Shown one piece after another: positions 39,795-50,044 of a DNA stretch of 64,000 bases (the stretch's first letter is position 1; the number at the start of each line of letters is the position of its first letter). Made by a program: the position numbers and the translations under genes. The DNA is from an uncultured Bacilli bacterium (GTDB lineage Bacteria; Bacillota_I; Bacilli_A; RF39; UBA660): positions 3,899 through 67,898 of the forward strand of contig CAKPCJ010000002.1 in assembly GCA_934141575.1 (NCBI GenBank), in the 5' to 3' direction. A model generated the notes under the pieces. The model made no database searches and was not told the origin of the DNA. It saw only the letters and a list, made by a program, of their open reading frames with translations.

Positions 39795-40652
39795 ATGAAA
39801 AAAATACTTTTATTAATCGTGTGTTGTTTAATGTTAACTGGATGCTTCAATAAAGATAGCATGGAAGATATAGATATATATGTAGCATATTATCCAATAG
39901 AATATATAACAACGGTGTTATATGAAAATCATTCTACTATTCACAGTATATATCCAGATGAAGCTAACATTTATACATTTACTTTAACTGATAAGCAAAT
40001 TGAAAATTATAGTAAGAGTGATTTATTTATATATGATGGTCAAGGCAGTCAAAGAGAATACGCTGTTAAAATGCTAGAAAATAATAAAAAAATTAAAATA
40101 ATAGATTCTAGCAAAGGTGTAACATACGATGATACTATCGAGTCTCTTTGGTTAAATCCAGGAAATATGCTTATGGTGTGTCAAAACATCAAAAAAGGAT
40201 TTGAGGAATACATAACAAACCCATATCTTCTAAAAGAAGTTGAAGAAAACTATGAAGAACTAAAACTTAAAATATCAGAATTAGATGTTGAACTTAAATC
40301 AATAACAGAAAATAGTTCTAATAAAACTATAGTAGTTTCTAACGACGTATTCAAATTCTTATCTAAATATAATTTTAATGTTATTTCATTAGAAGAAAAT
40401 GAAAACCTAACAACAAAAACTATTGATGATGTTAAAAAAATGATAAAAGATGGAACTATAAAATACATATATTTAACTGAAGGCGAAGAAAAAAGCGAAA
40501 CTATAAAAAATATAATAACTGAAACAAATGTTAACACATTAACATTAAATACAATATCAACAATAACTTCAAAACAAAGACAAGAAAACGAAAATTATTT
40601 AACGATAATGAATGAAAATATACAAGCATTAAAAAAGGGATTAATCAATTAA
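39795..40652 (+). CDS. Lipoprotein with ZnuA/TroA-like (cluster A-I SBP) fold lacking metal-ligand histidines
   Basis: Lipobox LTGC. It aligns block by block with the ZnuA pattern: YPDEANIYTF..SDLFIYDGQG, WLNPGNM, VVSNDVFKFL, IKYIYLTEGEE..TLTLNTI. All three His ligand positions are substituted. Translationally coupled to yidD (1 nt gap). Confidence 0.45.
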   Translation: MKKILLLIVCCLMLTGCFNKDSMEDIDIYVAYYPIEYITTVLYENHSTIHSIYPDEANIYTFTLTDKQIENYSKSDLFIYDGQGSQREYAVKMLENNKKIKIIDSSKGVTYDDTIESLWLNPGNMLMVCQNIKKGFEEYITNPYLLKEVEENYEELKLKISELDVELKSITENSSNKTIVVSNDVFKFLSKYNFNVISLEENENLTTKTIDDVKKMIKDGTIKYIYLTEGEEKSETIKNIITETNVNTLTLNTISTITSKQRQENENYLTIMNENIQALKKGLIN

Positions 40653-40661
40653 TCTCTTTTT

Positions 40662-41720
40662 TTAATCTATCATTAATAACTTCAAAAAATCCAAAACCAT
40701 ATCTTTAGTATCAGAGTCTATATCCTTAGTAGATGTTATTAGTTTTAATGCGCCCTTTATTTTTGCAGATTTAAGTTCAACTAAATCATTAATGCCTGCT
40801 TTTCTAAATATATCAAACAAAGATTTTGTAAATTTTTCTCGTTTGTCATAATCATACTTTTTTATCCAAGCCAAAAAGTTTTCCTCATATCGTTGACTAT
40901 TTTTGCTTAAATTACAAGTTATAAAATGTCCACCATAACACGCCCAAGAAGTACCATCATGTTGGAGTATTCCTTTTGCCTTGCTTTCGACAACAATATA
41001 ATTAGTATCATGCATTAAAACCAAACCAACTATACTTTCCTTAGGTACAAAAGCTTTAATTCTATCCTTAATTTCTTTATAATTTTGAGATTCAAATTCA
41101 GACTTTCTAAGACCTGGACCATCATTATTATAAATACACCTTATTTTTTTCCTAATATTTGGCTTACAATACATTGAAGATACAACTGCTAGATTTCCAC
41201 CTTTAGAATGCCCTCCAACAAGTATATTTTTATCAGTAAATTTAACAACAGAATTCAAATAATCAATAGCTTGCTTTTGTGACAATGTAGGAAACATATA
41301 TGATAATTTCATATCCTCTTCCCAACCACTAATACTACTATCTGTACCTTCATATGAAATATAAATAGTATTATTATCTAACTTACAACATAATGCACCA
41401 AATTGACTGTTTTCATCAACATTGTAAGCGTAATTGTAAAGTCTCATATTACCAAATCTAACACTATTTTGCATTAATTTTAAAAGTTCAATTGCTTTCC
41501 TTATTGCCATTATATTAAGAGATATTTCATCATCAGAATACTTGCTGAAAAAGAGTCTTGCAGCATCATTAACAGTAATAGATGAGGTATTTTTAGGAAC
41601 TATACCATCAAAATTAATATATGATAAAAACGATAAGATTACATTATCAACTTCATTAAATTTTTCATCATCAAATGAATATTTTCTATAATGTTTTAAA
41701 TATGTTTTAACATCTTCCAT
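40662..41720 (-). CDS. Alpha/beta-hydrolase, DUF2974 (Mbeg1-like) lipase-class-3-like protein
   Basis: 352 aa. YEGTDSSISGWEED oxyanion region and the nucleophile elbow VGGHSKGGNLA. Confidence 0.6.
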   Translation of the reverse strand: MEDVKTYLKHYRKYSFDDEKFNEVDNVILSFLSYINFDGIVPKNTSSITVNDAARLFFSKYSDDEISLNIMAIRKAIELLKLMQNSVRFGNMRLYNYAYNVDENSQFGALCCKLDNNTIYISYEGTDSSISGWEEDMKLSYMFPTLSQKQAIDYLNSVVKFTDKNILVGGHSKGGNLAVVSSMYCKPNIRKKIRCIYNNDGPGLRKSEFESQNYKEIKDRIKAFVPKESIVGLVLMHDTNYIVVESKAKGILQHDGTSWACYGGHFITCNLSKNSQRYEENFLAWIKKYDYDKREKFTKSLFDIFRKAGINDLVELKSAKIKGALKLITSTKDIDSDTKDMVLDFLKLLMID

Positions 41721-41731
41721 ATCATCACCAC

Positions 41732-42148
41732 CTAATTTACAATTTCATAAGGCCAGTCAACTATTCCTCCAAAACTATACACATTACTATAACCAAGACT
41801 TGCAAGTTTTTTAGCAGCCTCTTGTGCTCTAGCTCCGCTTCTACAATATAGTAAAATTTTCTTGTTCTTATCAGAAACAATATTCTCAATCTTATACTGA
41901 ATAGAATCAACCGGAATATTAATAGCATTCTCAATATAACCAGTATTATACTCATTTTTACTTCTAACATCTATAATAACAACATCTTCATTTTCTATAA
42001 TATCATGCGCACTGACAGCATCGATAATACTATAATCTTGAACCGAAGTATTATTAGAATCTGCACTATTTGAATCGTTATTTGCATTATTACTATAACA
42101 ACCAACTACTAAAAAGAAACATATAAAAATAGCAATTAATTTTTTCAC
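41732..42148 (-). CDS. Rhodanese-domain lipoprotein (sulfurtransferase)
   Basis: 138 aa. Lipobox VVGC and an active-site Cys loop, LYCRSGARAQ. Confidence 0.75.
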   Translation of the reverse strand: MKKLIAIFICFFLVVGCYSNNANNDSNSADSNNTSVQDYSIIDAVSAHDIIENEDVVIIDVRSKNEYNTGYIENAINIPVDSIQYKIENIVSDKNKKILLYCRSGARAQEAAKKLASLGYSNVYSFGGIVDWPYEIVN

Positions 42149-42192
42149 ATTATCACCTAATTTAATTATACATTAAAAACTTATTTAGGCAA

Positions 42193-42217
42193 TAAAAAAA
42201 CCGTATTTAAACGGTTA
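42193..42217 (-). terminator. Rho-independent terminator downstream of tRNA-Ser
   Basis: aaccgtttaaatacggtt hairpin followed by TTTTTTT, read on the minus strand. Confidence 0.55.
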
Positions 42218-42226
42218 ATTTACATA

Positions 42227-42319
42227 TGGCGGAGCAGGAGAGATTTGAACTCTCGCACCAGTTTAACCCGGTCTACACCCTTAGCAGGGGCGCCTCTTCA
42301 GCCTCTTGAGTACTACTCC
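42227..42319 (-). tRNA. tRNA-Ser (anticodon GCU)
   Basis: Reverse complement: GGAGTAGTACTCAAGAGGCTGAAGAGGCGCCCCTGCTAAGGGTGTAGACCGGGTTAAACTGGTGCGAGAGTTCAAATCTCTCCTGCTCCGCCA. Long variable arm, anticodon loop CUGCUAA and encoded CCA. Confidence 0.9.
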
Positions 42320-42387
42320 ACAAGCTACATAAAACATTTTACATTATATAGAATTTAAAGTCAATAAAAAAAGCAATTAAATTAACA

Positions 42388-43689
42388 TTAATTACTTTTT
42401 TCAGAAGGTTTGATAACAACAGATGATACATTTGAAAAATCAATAGATTTAATAATATTCATAAATTCTTCATAATCCAATTCTTTTATTCGTTTTATTT
42501 GATCATGAATATAATCATCATAATTCATAACGTTTGCTACTATCATTTCATTAATACTAACTATTTTATCAAACGATGAAATATAAGCTGAAATCATAAC
42601 CTTCTTTCTTCTCTCAAAATCTTCTTCTGTTATATCTAGTGAGTTTATTTTTCCTTTTGCCATATTTATTATTTCATCAGGATTACTTGATTCTAAAAAC
42701 AAACATGGTAAATAATGAGAATCAGAATTCATTATCTCAAAACCAGAGTCAGTTAATATCTTTTTATTTCTAGCCTCTGAAACAAACAAAGAAGTTGAGC
42801 CAAATAATACTTCCAATAATATGCTTAAATATCTATTTAATTTAAATTTGTCCTTTAAATCTATTTTCTTTTTGCTTATCTTAAAAGCTAATGCTATTTT
42901 AGATTCACTAATAGATTTTGTAAGTTCAACTTTTTCCTTAACTACTGAATCTGGTTCCTCAAAATTTTTAACAACTATTTTATCAATTTTTTTATAATTT
43001 TTCTTTTCTTGATTTTCTCTAATAATACTAACAAGCTCTTCGGGATTAAATCTACCAGTTGCTACTATAAACATATTAGAAGGATTATAAAAAGTATTAT
43101 AACAATCCATTAATTCATCCTTTGTTATTTTCATTATATCTTCTACTTCACCAGCAATTGGGTTCCTCATGTTATTTTCTTTAAATGCTGCTGCTAAAAT
43201 ACCTTCGTATAAATTCCAAAATGGATCATCTTTATACATGTTTATTTCTTGCTCAATTATACCTTTTTCCTTTTCAATATTCTCTTCAGTTAAATAAATG
43301 GATTGAACATAATCTAATAAATAATTAACATTTTCCTTTAAATGCCCTGGTCCAATATAAAGATATGTTGTTTTATTAAATGTAGTTGAAGCATTACATG
43401 AAGCACCATTTTTTGAATAAAAATCAAATGGATCTACACCATCTTCCATCTCAAAAACTTTATGTTCAAGGAAATGCGCTATTCCATTATGAACTTTTAC
43501 CATTTTATTTTTTTCTATAGGTATAAATTCAGTATTAATAGAACCAAATCTAGTTGTAAAAGTAACATAAGTTTCAGTAAAATCATTTTTTGGCAACATA
43601 TAAATTTCTAAACCATTATCTAATTTTTCCTTATAAAAAGTTTCTCCAACTTCAGAAATTTTGATTTTTTCCAAGATTCTCACCTCCAC
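42388..43689 (-). CDS. M16 family zinc peptidase (catalytic subunit, HxxEH)
   Basis: 433 aa with the inverted zinc motif GIAHFLEHKVFE (HxxEH) of pitrilysin/M16B. Confidence 0.8.
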   Translation of the reverse strand: MEVRILEKIKISEVGETFYKEKLDNGLEIYMLPKNDFTETYVTFTTRFGSINTEFIPIEKNKMVKVHNGIAHFLEHKVFEMEDGVDPFDFYSKNGASCNASTTFNKTTYLYIGPGHLKENVNYLLDYVQSIYLTEENIEKEKGIIEQEINMYKDDPFWNLYEGILAAAFKENNMRNPIAGEVEDIMKITKDELMDCYNTFYNPSNMFIVATGRFNPEELVSIIRENQEKKNYKKIDKIVVKNFEEPDSVVKEKVELTKSISESKIALAFKISKKKIDLKDKFKLNRYLSILLEVLFGSTSLFVSEARNKKILTDSGFEIMNSDSHYLPCLFLESSNPDEIINMAKGKINSLDITEEDFERRKKVMISAYISSFDKIVSINEMIVANVMNYDDYIHDQIKRIKELDYEEFMNIIKSIDFSNVSSVVIKPSEKSN

Positions 43690-44935
43690 TTAAAAGATAA
43701 ATTGTGTCAATTTTGATTTTTTTACTTACTTTAATTATATCTTCTCTCGTTACCTCATTATACTTTTTCCTTCTTACATCTAATGGATCAAGCTCAGTTA
43801 CTTCAGTACAAAAATAAGTATTCATAATTCTAGTTGGAGAATCATATATAGAATCTAATGAACAATTAATATTATTTTTTGCAATTTCAATTTCCTCATC
43901 AGTAAACGTACCCTTAGTCATATCTTTCATACACATTTTGATTGAATCAACCACATTATTTAACTTATCTTTATCTATACCTGAAACAATAGTAAACAGA
44001 TTATCAATTCTAGTATAAGATGAATTAACATAATAACAAAGTGATTTCTTTTCCCTTATTTCCTTGAAAAACTTAGAATCGCAACCTTCACCTAAAATCA
44101 TATTGTAAATTACCATAACATACTTAGATTCAAATTCAGTCAAATTATTAAGTTTACATCCTATTGCTAATTTTGCTTGAGTTATATCATCAAATTCAAT
44201 AATTTTTTGTGGAACTGATTTAGAACCACTTTGAATACATATAAGTTCCTTTTTAGGTTTTTTTAACGTGTTAACTTTAAACTTTTCTCTAAACATTTCT
44301 GTAATCTTATTAAAATCTATATCCCCAAGTACGAATATATCAATTAAATTCTGATTTAACATCATTTCATAATACTCGTATAATGACGAAGGAGTTATGG
44401 CTTCAAGATCATCCATATACCCAATTCCTCTTAATGAAATAGGGCTATTTGAATCCATAATCTCAAGCATTCTCATAACACTATATTTTCCCTTATTTTC
44501 TTTAATAGATTTTATTTGAGATTCCATAGTATTTTTTATTATATTAAAAGACTTTTCATCAAACTTTTTATTTTTAGCATTAGGTTTAAATAAGATCTCC
44601 ATAAAAAAGTCAAAAGCTTTTGAAAATGAACCCTTTTCAGTATATTTTTCATTAAGAGATACCATTTGATAAGAAGAATTTATATAATTTCCTAATCTCG
44701 TATTTGTAGAACTTACATTTAAATCGTAATTTTTCTCTGCTTCTATAGCTAAACTCCTATTGTCAGGAAAGTTTTTAGTAGAATCAAGAAGTATATCTGA
44801 TAAAAAATTCAAATTAGTTATATCACTTTTTTCTATAGGTTTTCTAAAATTTATTTTAACAAATATTCTTTTAAAATTACTTGTTTTAATCATATGTAAA
44901 TTATACGCATGCATATCAACCTTTTTATACTCCAT
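43652..44935 (-). CDS. M16 family peptidase-like protein (non-catalytic partner)
   Basis: 427 aa with M16-like length and composition but no HxxEH motif. It is overlapping and co-oriented with the catalytic M16, a YmfF/YmfH-type pair. Confidence 0.6.
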   Translation of the reverse strand: MEYKKVDMHAYNLHMIKTSNFKRIFVKINFRKPIEKSDITNLNFLSDILLDSTKNFPDNRSLAIEAEKNYDLNVSSTNTRLGNYINSSYQMVSLNEKYTEKGSFSKAFDFFMEILFKPNAKNKKFDEKSFNIIKNTMESQIKSIKENKGKYSVMRMLEIMDSNSPISLRGIGYMDDLEAITPSSLYEYYEMMLNQNLIDIFVLGDIDFNKITEMFREKFKVNTLKKPKKELICIQSGSKSVPQKIIEFDDITQAKLAIGCKLNNLTEFESKYVMVIYNMILGEGCDSKFFKEIREKKSLCYYVNSSYTRIDNLFTIVSGIDKDKLNNVVDSIKMCMKDMTKGTFTDEEIEIAKNNINCSLDSIYDSPTRIMNTYFCTEVTELDPLDVRRKKYNEVTREDIIKVSKKIKIDTIYLLSGGENLGKNQNF

Positions 44936-44981
44936 AATTACCTCCTCTTCTATTTGATTATTATTGCCAAAATCTATAAAA

Positions 44982-45704
44982 TTATAATTTTAAAGTAGAT
45001 TCTAATGCCAAAGAAATCATGGAATTCAATGATTTTTCTCTTTGTTCAGCACTCAATTGCTCTTTTCTATAATGAGAATCAACAACTGTAGCTAAACATG
45101 CACATTTTTTATTTAACATTTTAGCTAAGTAGAAAAGACCAAACGATTCCATCTCAGCACCTATTATATTTGCCTCTTTTGGTAATCTTCCCAATAATTG
45201 ATTTATATCTGTTACATACCAATCAAAACAATCACTCGATAATATATTTCCACGTACACACTTGATTTCCTTTTCAATAGCAGTTTTTTCTATAATATCG
45301 GTAACTTCTTTAGTAGAAGAAGCCATCTTACAATTATCATTATTTAAAGTGTAAGCAAAATTACTTTCAGTATAACTATTATCAACAAGTATTACATCTA
45401 ATAATTCCAAATCTGGACTATATCCGCCACAAGATCCTATCCTTATAATACATTCTACATCATAAAACTTATATAATTCATAAGCATATATTCCTATACT
45501 AGGAATTCCCATACCATGAGCCATTACAGTTATTTCTTTACCTTTATAATATCCTGTATACGCCAACATATTTCTAACAGAATTTACTTCTCTAGCATCA
45601 GTTAAAAAATCTGTTGCTATTTTTTTTGCCCTAAGTGGATCACCTGGCATTAATACTATTTTTGCAATATCCCCCTTATTTGCTTGATTATGTGCAGTTG
45701 CCAT
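44982..45704 (-). CDS. deoD: Purine nucleoside phosphorylase, DeoD-type
   Basis: 240 aa. PNP/UDP family 1 motifs GDPLRAK, AHGMGIPS and RIGSCGG. Confidence 0.8.
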   Translation of the reverse strand: MATAHNQANKGDIAKIVLMPGDPLRAKKIATDFLTDAREVNSVRNMLAYTGYYKGKEITVMAHGMGIPSIGIYAYELYKFYDVECIIRIGSCGGYSPDLELLDVILVDNSYTESNFAYTLNNDNCKMASSTKEVTDIIEKTAIEKEIKCVRGNILSSDCFDWYVTDINQLLGRLPKEANIIGAEMESFGLFYLAKMLNKKCACLATVVDSHYRKEQLSAEQREKSLNSMISLALESTLKL

Positions 45705-45805
45705 AAACTATTCCTCCATTCTTAGTTTAATTATAACATTTAAAAAATTTTATATAAATAGTTTGCGCATTTTAGTTTACATAATTCAAAAAAGAATAGA
45801 CAACT

Positions 45806-46015
45806 CTATTCTAAAATATTATTATACATTTCAAATGTTTCTTTCAATCCAAGTACATTCCATACTACAAAAAGCAATATTACAATAAGTAGAATCATAA
45901 CTACAAAATAAATTATTTGATGCAATATTCTTTTCCTAGATATGTCCTTATTAGCATCTATTACTGCCTGATATACTATTCTATAATTAGGATCATCTTT
46001 ATAATCTTTATCCAT
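45806..46015 (-). CDS. Small single-TM hypothetical protein
   Basis: 69 aa with a central hydrophobic helix IIYFVVMILLIVILLFVVW. Directly downstream of the 397-aa unknown (2 nt gap). Confidence 0.3.
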   Translation of the reverse strand: MDKDYKDDPNYRIVYQAVIDANKDISRKRILHQIIYFVVMILLIVILLFVVWNVLGLKETFEMYNNILE

Positions 46016-46017
46016 AA

Positions 46018-47211
46018 TTAATAGAAGAAATCTGCAAGGCTAGTAGTAACCTTAGGTTCTAATTTACTATTTGATTTTTCCTCAATACTAGCTACGTTTT
46101 CAACTAATATTTGTTTTTCTTTTTCGTATGAAATATCATGAACTGTTTTTTTCTTTTGTTCAATTTCACTAATTATAGAATTAAATCTTGGATCATTTTC
46201 GGAAATACTATACTGAGAAAAAACTATATTTTTAACATCATCAAAAACTCTTTCAGTATTAATAACATCATATTTATCAGAAAAATCTAGTACTTTATTT
46301 TCAGTCTTTTTATTGCCACTTAGTTTTACAGAATCATCACTAGCAACTTGTTTTGTTATCGAAACAATCTCTGGAACAAAGTCTGAATTAACAAGTTGAT
46401 AAAATTGATCTATATCACCAGTAAATGTAGGCAATATTTGTGCAACAAACTTAGAATATAAATTATGCACTTCATCTAAATTTAAATTTTGAAAACCATT
46501 TACTTTTCCAACAATATTTCTAGTTAAATCAATAAATTCTTTATAAAACATAGATGTAAATTCTTGAATACTTTTATTTTTAGAATCATTATTTAAATTA
46601 ATTTGTTCAGGAATAATATTATCTAAACTGTCTATTCTTGAAGCAGCACGTTCTTTAGAAACAGCATAGTCATACACTTCTTCTTTCAACCTTTGAATAG
46701 CATTGCTATTCATATTTCTATATCCCATTATATCTTCTTCAAATTTGCCCTGAAATCTGAGAACTATACCTCTAACTTCATCCATAACATCATCTGATAC
46801 ATATCCATCAAGTTTTCTTTGAATAACTGGATAAACTTCATATAATAAATCGGTTATATTATTATCATAACTCCTCAATGACGAATTTTCTTCTTCAAAT
46901 TTACGACTAACTTGATTACTTTCAATATCCCCATCAATTGCAGCATTGCCAATAACATTTAAACGTGTAACAGTATCTTCTAAACCAACCTGGTATTTCC
47001 TGCGCATATTATTTATATAATCAATTTGTTCCATAACAATTGGTTCTATTTGACGTTCATTAATACCAATGCGATTATCCTGAAATTCCGTTACTATAGC
47101 ATCTATCAAATTAATAGCCGTACTTCTAACAAGATTGGATTCCTCGTAAAAATTTTCTAATAACGTATTCCCACATTTTCTAATAATTTCCTTAATATCA
47201 TCATCACTCAT
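46018..47211 (-). CDS. Hypothetical acidic protein
   Basis: 397 aa, helical and acidic, no recognisable motif. Downstream of ftsK. Confidence 0.4.
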   Translation of the reverse strand: MSDDDIKEIIRKCGNTLLENFYEESNLVRSTAINLIDAIVTEFQDNRIGINERQIEPIVMEQIDYINNMRRKYQVGLEDTVTRLNVIGNAAIDGDIESNQVSRKFEEENSSLRSYDNNITDLLYEVYPVIQRKLDGYVSDDVMDEVRGIVLRFQGKFEEDIMGYRNMNSNAIQRLKEEVYDYAVSKERAASRIDSLDNIIPEQINLNNDSKNKSIQEFTSMFYKEFIDLTRNIVGKVNGFQNLNLDEVHNLYSKFVAQILPTFTGDIDQFYQLVNSDFVPEIVSITKQVASDDSVKLSGNKKTENKVLDFSDKYDVINTERVFDDVKNIVFSQYSISENDPRFNSIISEIEQKKKTVHDISYEKEKQILVENVASIEEKSNSKLEPKVTTSLADFFY

Positions 47212-47311
47212 AATATTCCTCCTATGCTAGTTTTAGTATAACATTATTATATAAAAAACTAAGAAATTTAAAATAGAATTTACATATTATTTACAAAAAA
47301 AAGACAATAAA

Positions 47312-49630
47312 TTAATTACTGTCTTCATTCTTTTCTACTTTAACCAATACTTCTCTAGGCTTAGACCCATTAGGTGGTCCTATAATGCCTCTTTCTTCAA
47401 GTAAATCAATCGCTCTAGCAGCACGATTATAACCTATGCGATACTTTCTTTGCAATAGCGAAGCACTTACCTTTCCAGTGTCAACAACAAATTTTACCAT
47501 ATCATTATAAAAAGGTTCATCATATTCATCCTTTTCTTCTCTAGAAGCTGTGCCTTCAAGTATCTCTGTTGATTTATTTGAATTGCCTAATGTCATATCA
47601 TATTGAACTTTTTGTTGACCACTTACATAATCAATTATATTTTTAATTTCATCATCAGTTATATATGCTCCTTGTATACGAGTTGGAGCATTTTCACCCA
47701 TAGGTAAATATAACATATCTCCTTTGCCAAGTAATCTCTCAGCACCAACCGAATCCAAGATTGTACGTGAATCTATTCCACTAGCCACAGCAAACGCAAT
47801 ACGTGAAGGAATATTTGACTTAATTACACCCGTAATTACATCTGTAGATGGTCTTTGAGTAGCAATAATCAAATGAATTCCTGCAGCACGTGCCATTTGA
47901 GTTATTCTCAATATAGAATCTTCTACTTCTTTAGCAGCAACCAACATCAAATCTGCTAATTCATCGATTATAACGACTATATATGGAAGTTTCTTAAGTT
48001 TTTCACCATCTGGCAAAACTGAATTTGTTTTTTCAACATAAGCATTATATGTTTCTATATTTTTAGTACCAGACTCAGAAAACATATCATATCTTTCTTC
48101 CATTTTTCCAACGATATCTTTAAGCACAATTGCAGCTCTCTTAGGATCAGTTACAACAGGTGCCAATAAATGTGGAACGCCATTATAACCACTAAGTTCT
48201 ACTTTTTTAGGATCAACCATTACTAATTTTACTTCATCTGGTTTGGTTCTCATAAGAATTGAACAAATAATTCCATTTATACATACACTTTTACCACTAC
48301 CAGTAGAACCAGCGACTAAAAGGTGAGGAGTTTTATTTATCTTACAATATTTAGCATCACCCATTATATTTTTTCCAAGAGAAACCAATAATTTTTCTGA
48401 ATCATCTGTTTTTGGTATAGATTCAATCATTTCTCTAAATGAAACAGACTGTACAACTTTGTTTGGTATTTCTATACCTATTGTACTTTTTCCAGGGATT
48501 GGAGCCTCTATTCTTACATCTTTAGCAGCAAGTGCTAAAGCAATCTCCCTATAAATTCCCAAAATCTTACTTACTTTTGTACCAGACTTTAACTCAACCT
48601 CGTATTGAGCAACTGTTGGACCCTCATGAACAGCAACTACTTTTCCCTCTAATCCAAAATCCCTCAAAACTTTTTCAAGGGCATTAACAGTATTTACAAT
48701 TCCTGCCTTATTAGTAGATTTTTCTTTTTTCTTAACAGGATTTAATATTGATAAAGGTGGTAATTTATAACCCGGGTTTGTAATTTCTTCAACATTTTCC
48801 ATAGTAACTTCACGAACTGGTTCAATTTCCTTACTTTCTTTAATTATAGGTTCTTCTACCTTTTTTGTTTCTTTTACATTAGACTGTAACAATTCATCAA
48901 CACTAGATATAACTACCCTATTATCTGGTTTAACATCATCATCTGACAAATTTTCAATCAATGTTGGTTTAGAATGCACTGTTGAAGTAATACTTTCCTC
49001 TTCATCATTAATTTTAATTTTTCTTTCACTTGTACTTTCTCTTTTCTTAGGTTTTAATTTTAATAAAATATTTTTAAAAGAATCAACTAATGAAATATCA
49101 AATAATAACACTATACCAACAATTATAAGAGCACCAATTACTATTTTCATTCCCAACATTCCAAGCAAACTATTAAATAGAGCTGCAAAAACAGCACCTA
49201 TCATACCACCGCCTAAGTTATTCATTGCATTAACAGTTTTCAATGAAAAAACAGCAGTAATATTATCCAAGGTTTTAGTAATAATTTCAACACCATTATG
49301 TCTAGTAGCATATCCAATATGTGCATAAGATAAAAGTGCAATAGAAATTATATAAAAGCCTACAAACCTAGATGACAAAAAATTAGGTATACCACGTTTT
49401 GCAATTATATAAACACCTAATAATAAGGTAAGCAATAAAAACACCATATAAAAATTACCTATCAAAAAACAAGAAAATTTTTGAAGTAATGTTCCTAAAA
49501 AGCCATCAGTTATCAATCCTATTAATGACAAAACAACAAGTAGTAACCCGTAAAGTTCATTAGTATAACTAGCTTTCTTCTTTCCTGTATCTTTTTGTGT
49601 TTTCTTTTTTGGCATAAGTCTTTCACCCAC
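47312..49630 (-). CDS. ftsK: DNA translocase FtsK/SpoIIIE
   Basis: 772 aa. N-terminal 4-TM domain and a linker; motor domain with Walker A GSTGSGKSV and Walker B VVIIDELADL; C-terminal gamma winged helix (RIGYNRAARAIDLLEERGIIG). Confidence 0.9.
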   Translation of the reverse strand: MGERLMPKKKTQKDTGKKKASYTNELYGLLLVVLSLIGLITDGFLGTLLQKFSCFLIGNFYMVFLLLTLLLGVYIIAKRGIPNFLSSRFVGFYIISIALLSYAHIGYATRHNGVEIITKTLDNITAVFSLKTVNAMNNLGGGMIGAVFAALFNSLLGMLGMKIVIGALIIVGIVLLFDISLVDSFKNILLKLKPKKRESTSERKIKINDEEESITSTVHSKPTLIENLSDDDVKPDNRVVISSVDELLQSNVKETKKVEEPIIKESKEIEPVREVTMENVEEITNPGYKLPPLSILNPVKKKEKSTNKAGIVNTVNALEKVLRDFGLEGKVVAVHEGPTVAQYEVELKSGTKVSKILGIYREIALALAAKDVRIEAPIPGKSTIGIEIPNKVVQSVSFREMIESIPKTDDSEKLLVSLGKNIMGDAKYCKINKTPHLLVAGSTGSGKSVCINGIICSILMRTKPDEVKLVMVDPKKVELSGYNGVPHLLAPVVTDPKRAAIVLKDIVGKMEERYDMFSESGTKNIETYNAYVEKTNSVLPDGEKLKKLPYIVVIIDELADLMLVAAKEVEDSILRITQMARAAGIHLIIATQRPSTDVITGVIKSNIPSRIAFAVASGIDSRTILDSVGAERLLGKGDMLYLPMGENAPTRIQGAYITDDEIKNIIDYVSGQQKVQYDMTLGNSNKSTEILEGTASREEKDEYDEPFYNDMVKFVVDTGKVSASLLQRKYRIGYNRAARAIDLLEERGIIGPPNGSKPREVLVKVEKNEDSN

Positions 49631-49724
49631 TCTATTATAACACGAAAGGACTTTACATTAAACAAAAACTTACTATTCATTAGCACATTTCATATATAAA
49701 CATATAATTAAATAAGGAGGAATT

Positions 49725-50030
49725 ATGAAAAAAGATAGAGATATGATGTATTACGGTGTAAGTGGTTATGCACAAGGGCCAACACCATTAATGGGAACAA
49801 TGCAACCAATGCAATATCAACAACCAGTACAATATCAACAACAAATTCCAAATACTAATTATACGCCACAAAATGATTTAGAAAATAGACTATCAAGAAT
49901 AGAAAGACAAATAAGAAGATTGGACAATAGAATAAGTAGATTAGAAAATCCATACCCAGATAGTACTGGTTACCAAACTACAGATACCACTGAAAATATA
50001 TACAAAAGTGATAATATGTACATGATGTAA
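49725..50030 (+). CDS. Gln-rich small coiled-coil protein (spore-coat-like composition)
   Basis: 101 aa. Q/Y/P-rich N-terminus (MQPMQYQQPVQYQQQIP) and a heptad coiled coil (LENRLSRIERQIRRLDNRISRLE). Good RBS AGGAGG. Confidence 0.4.
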   Translation: MKKDRDMMYYGVSGYAQGPTPLMGTMQPMQYQQPVQYQQQIPNTNYTPQNDLENRLSRIERQIRRLDNRISRLENPYPDSTGYQTTDTTENIYKSDNMYMM

Positions 50031-50044
50031 AGACCATTAGGTCT

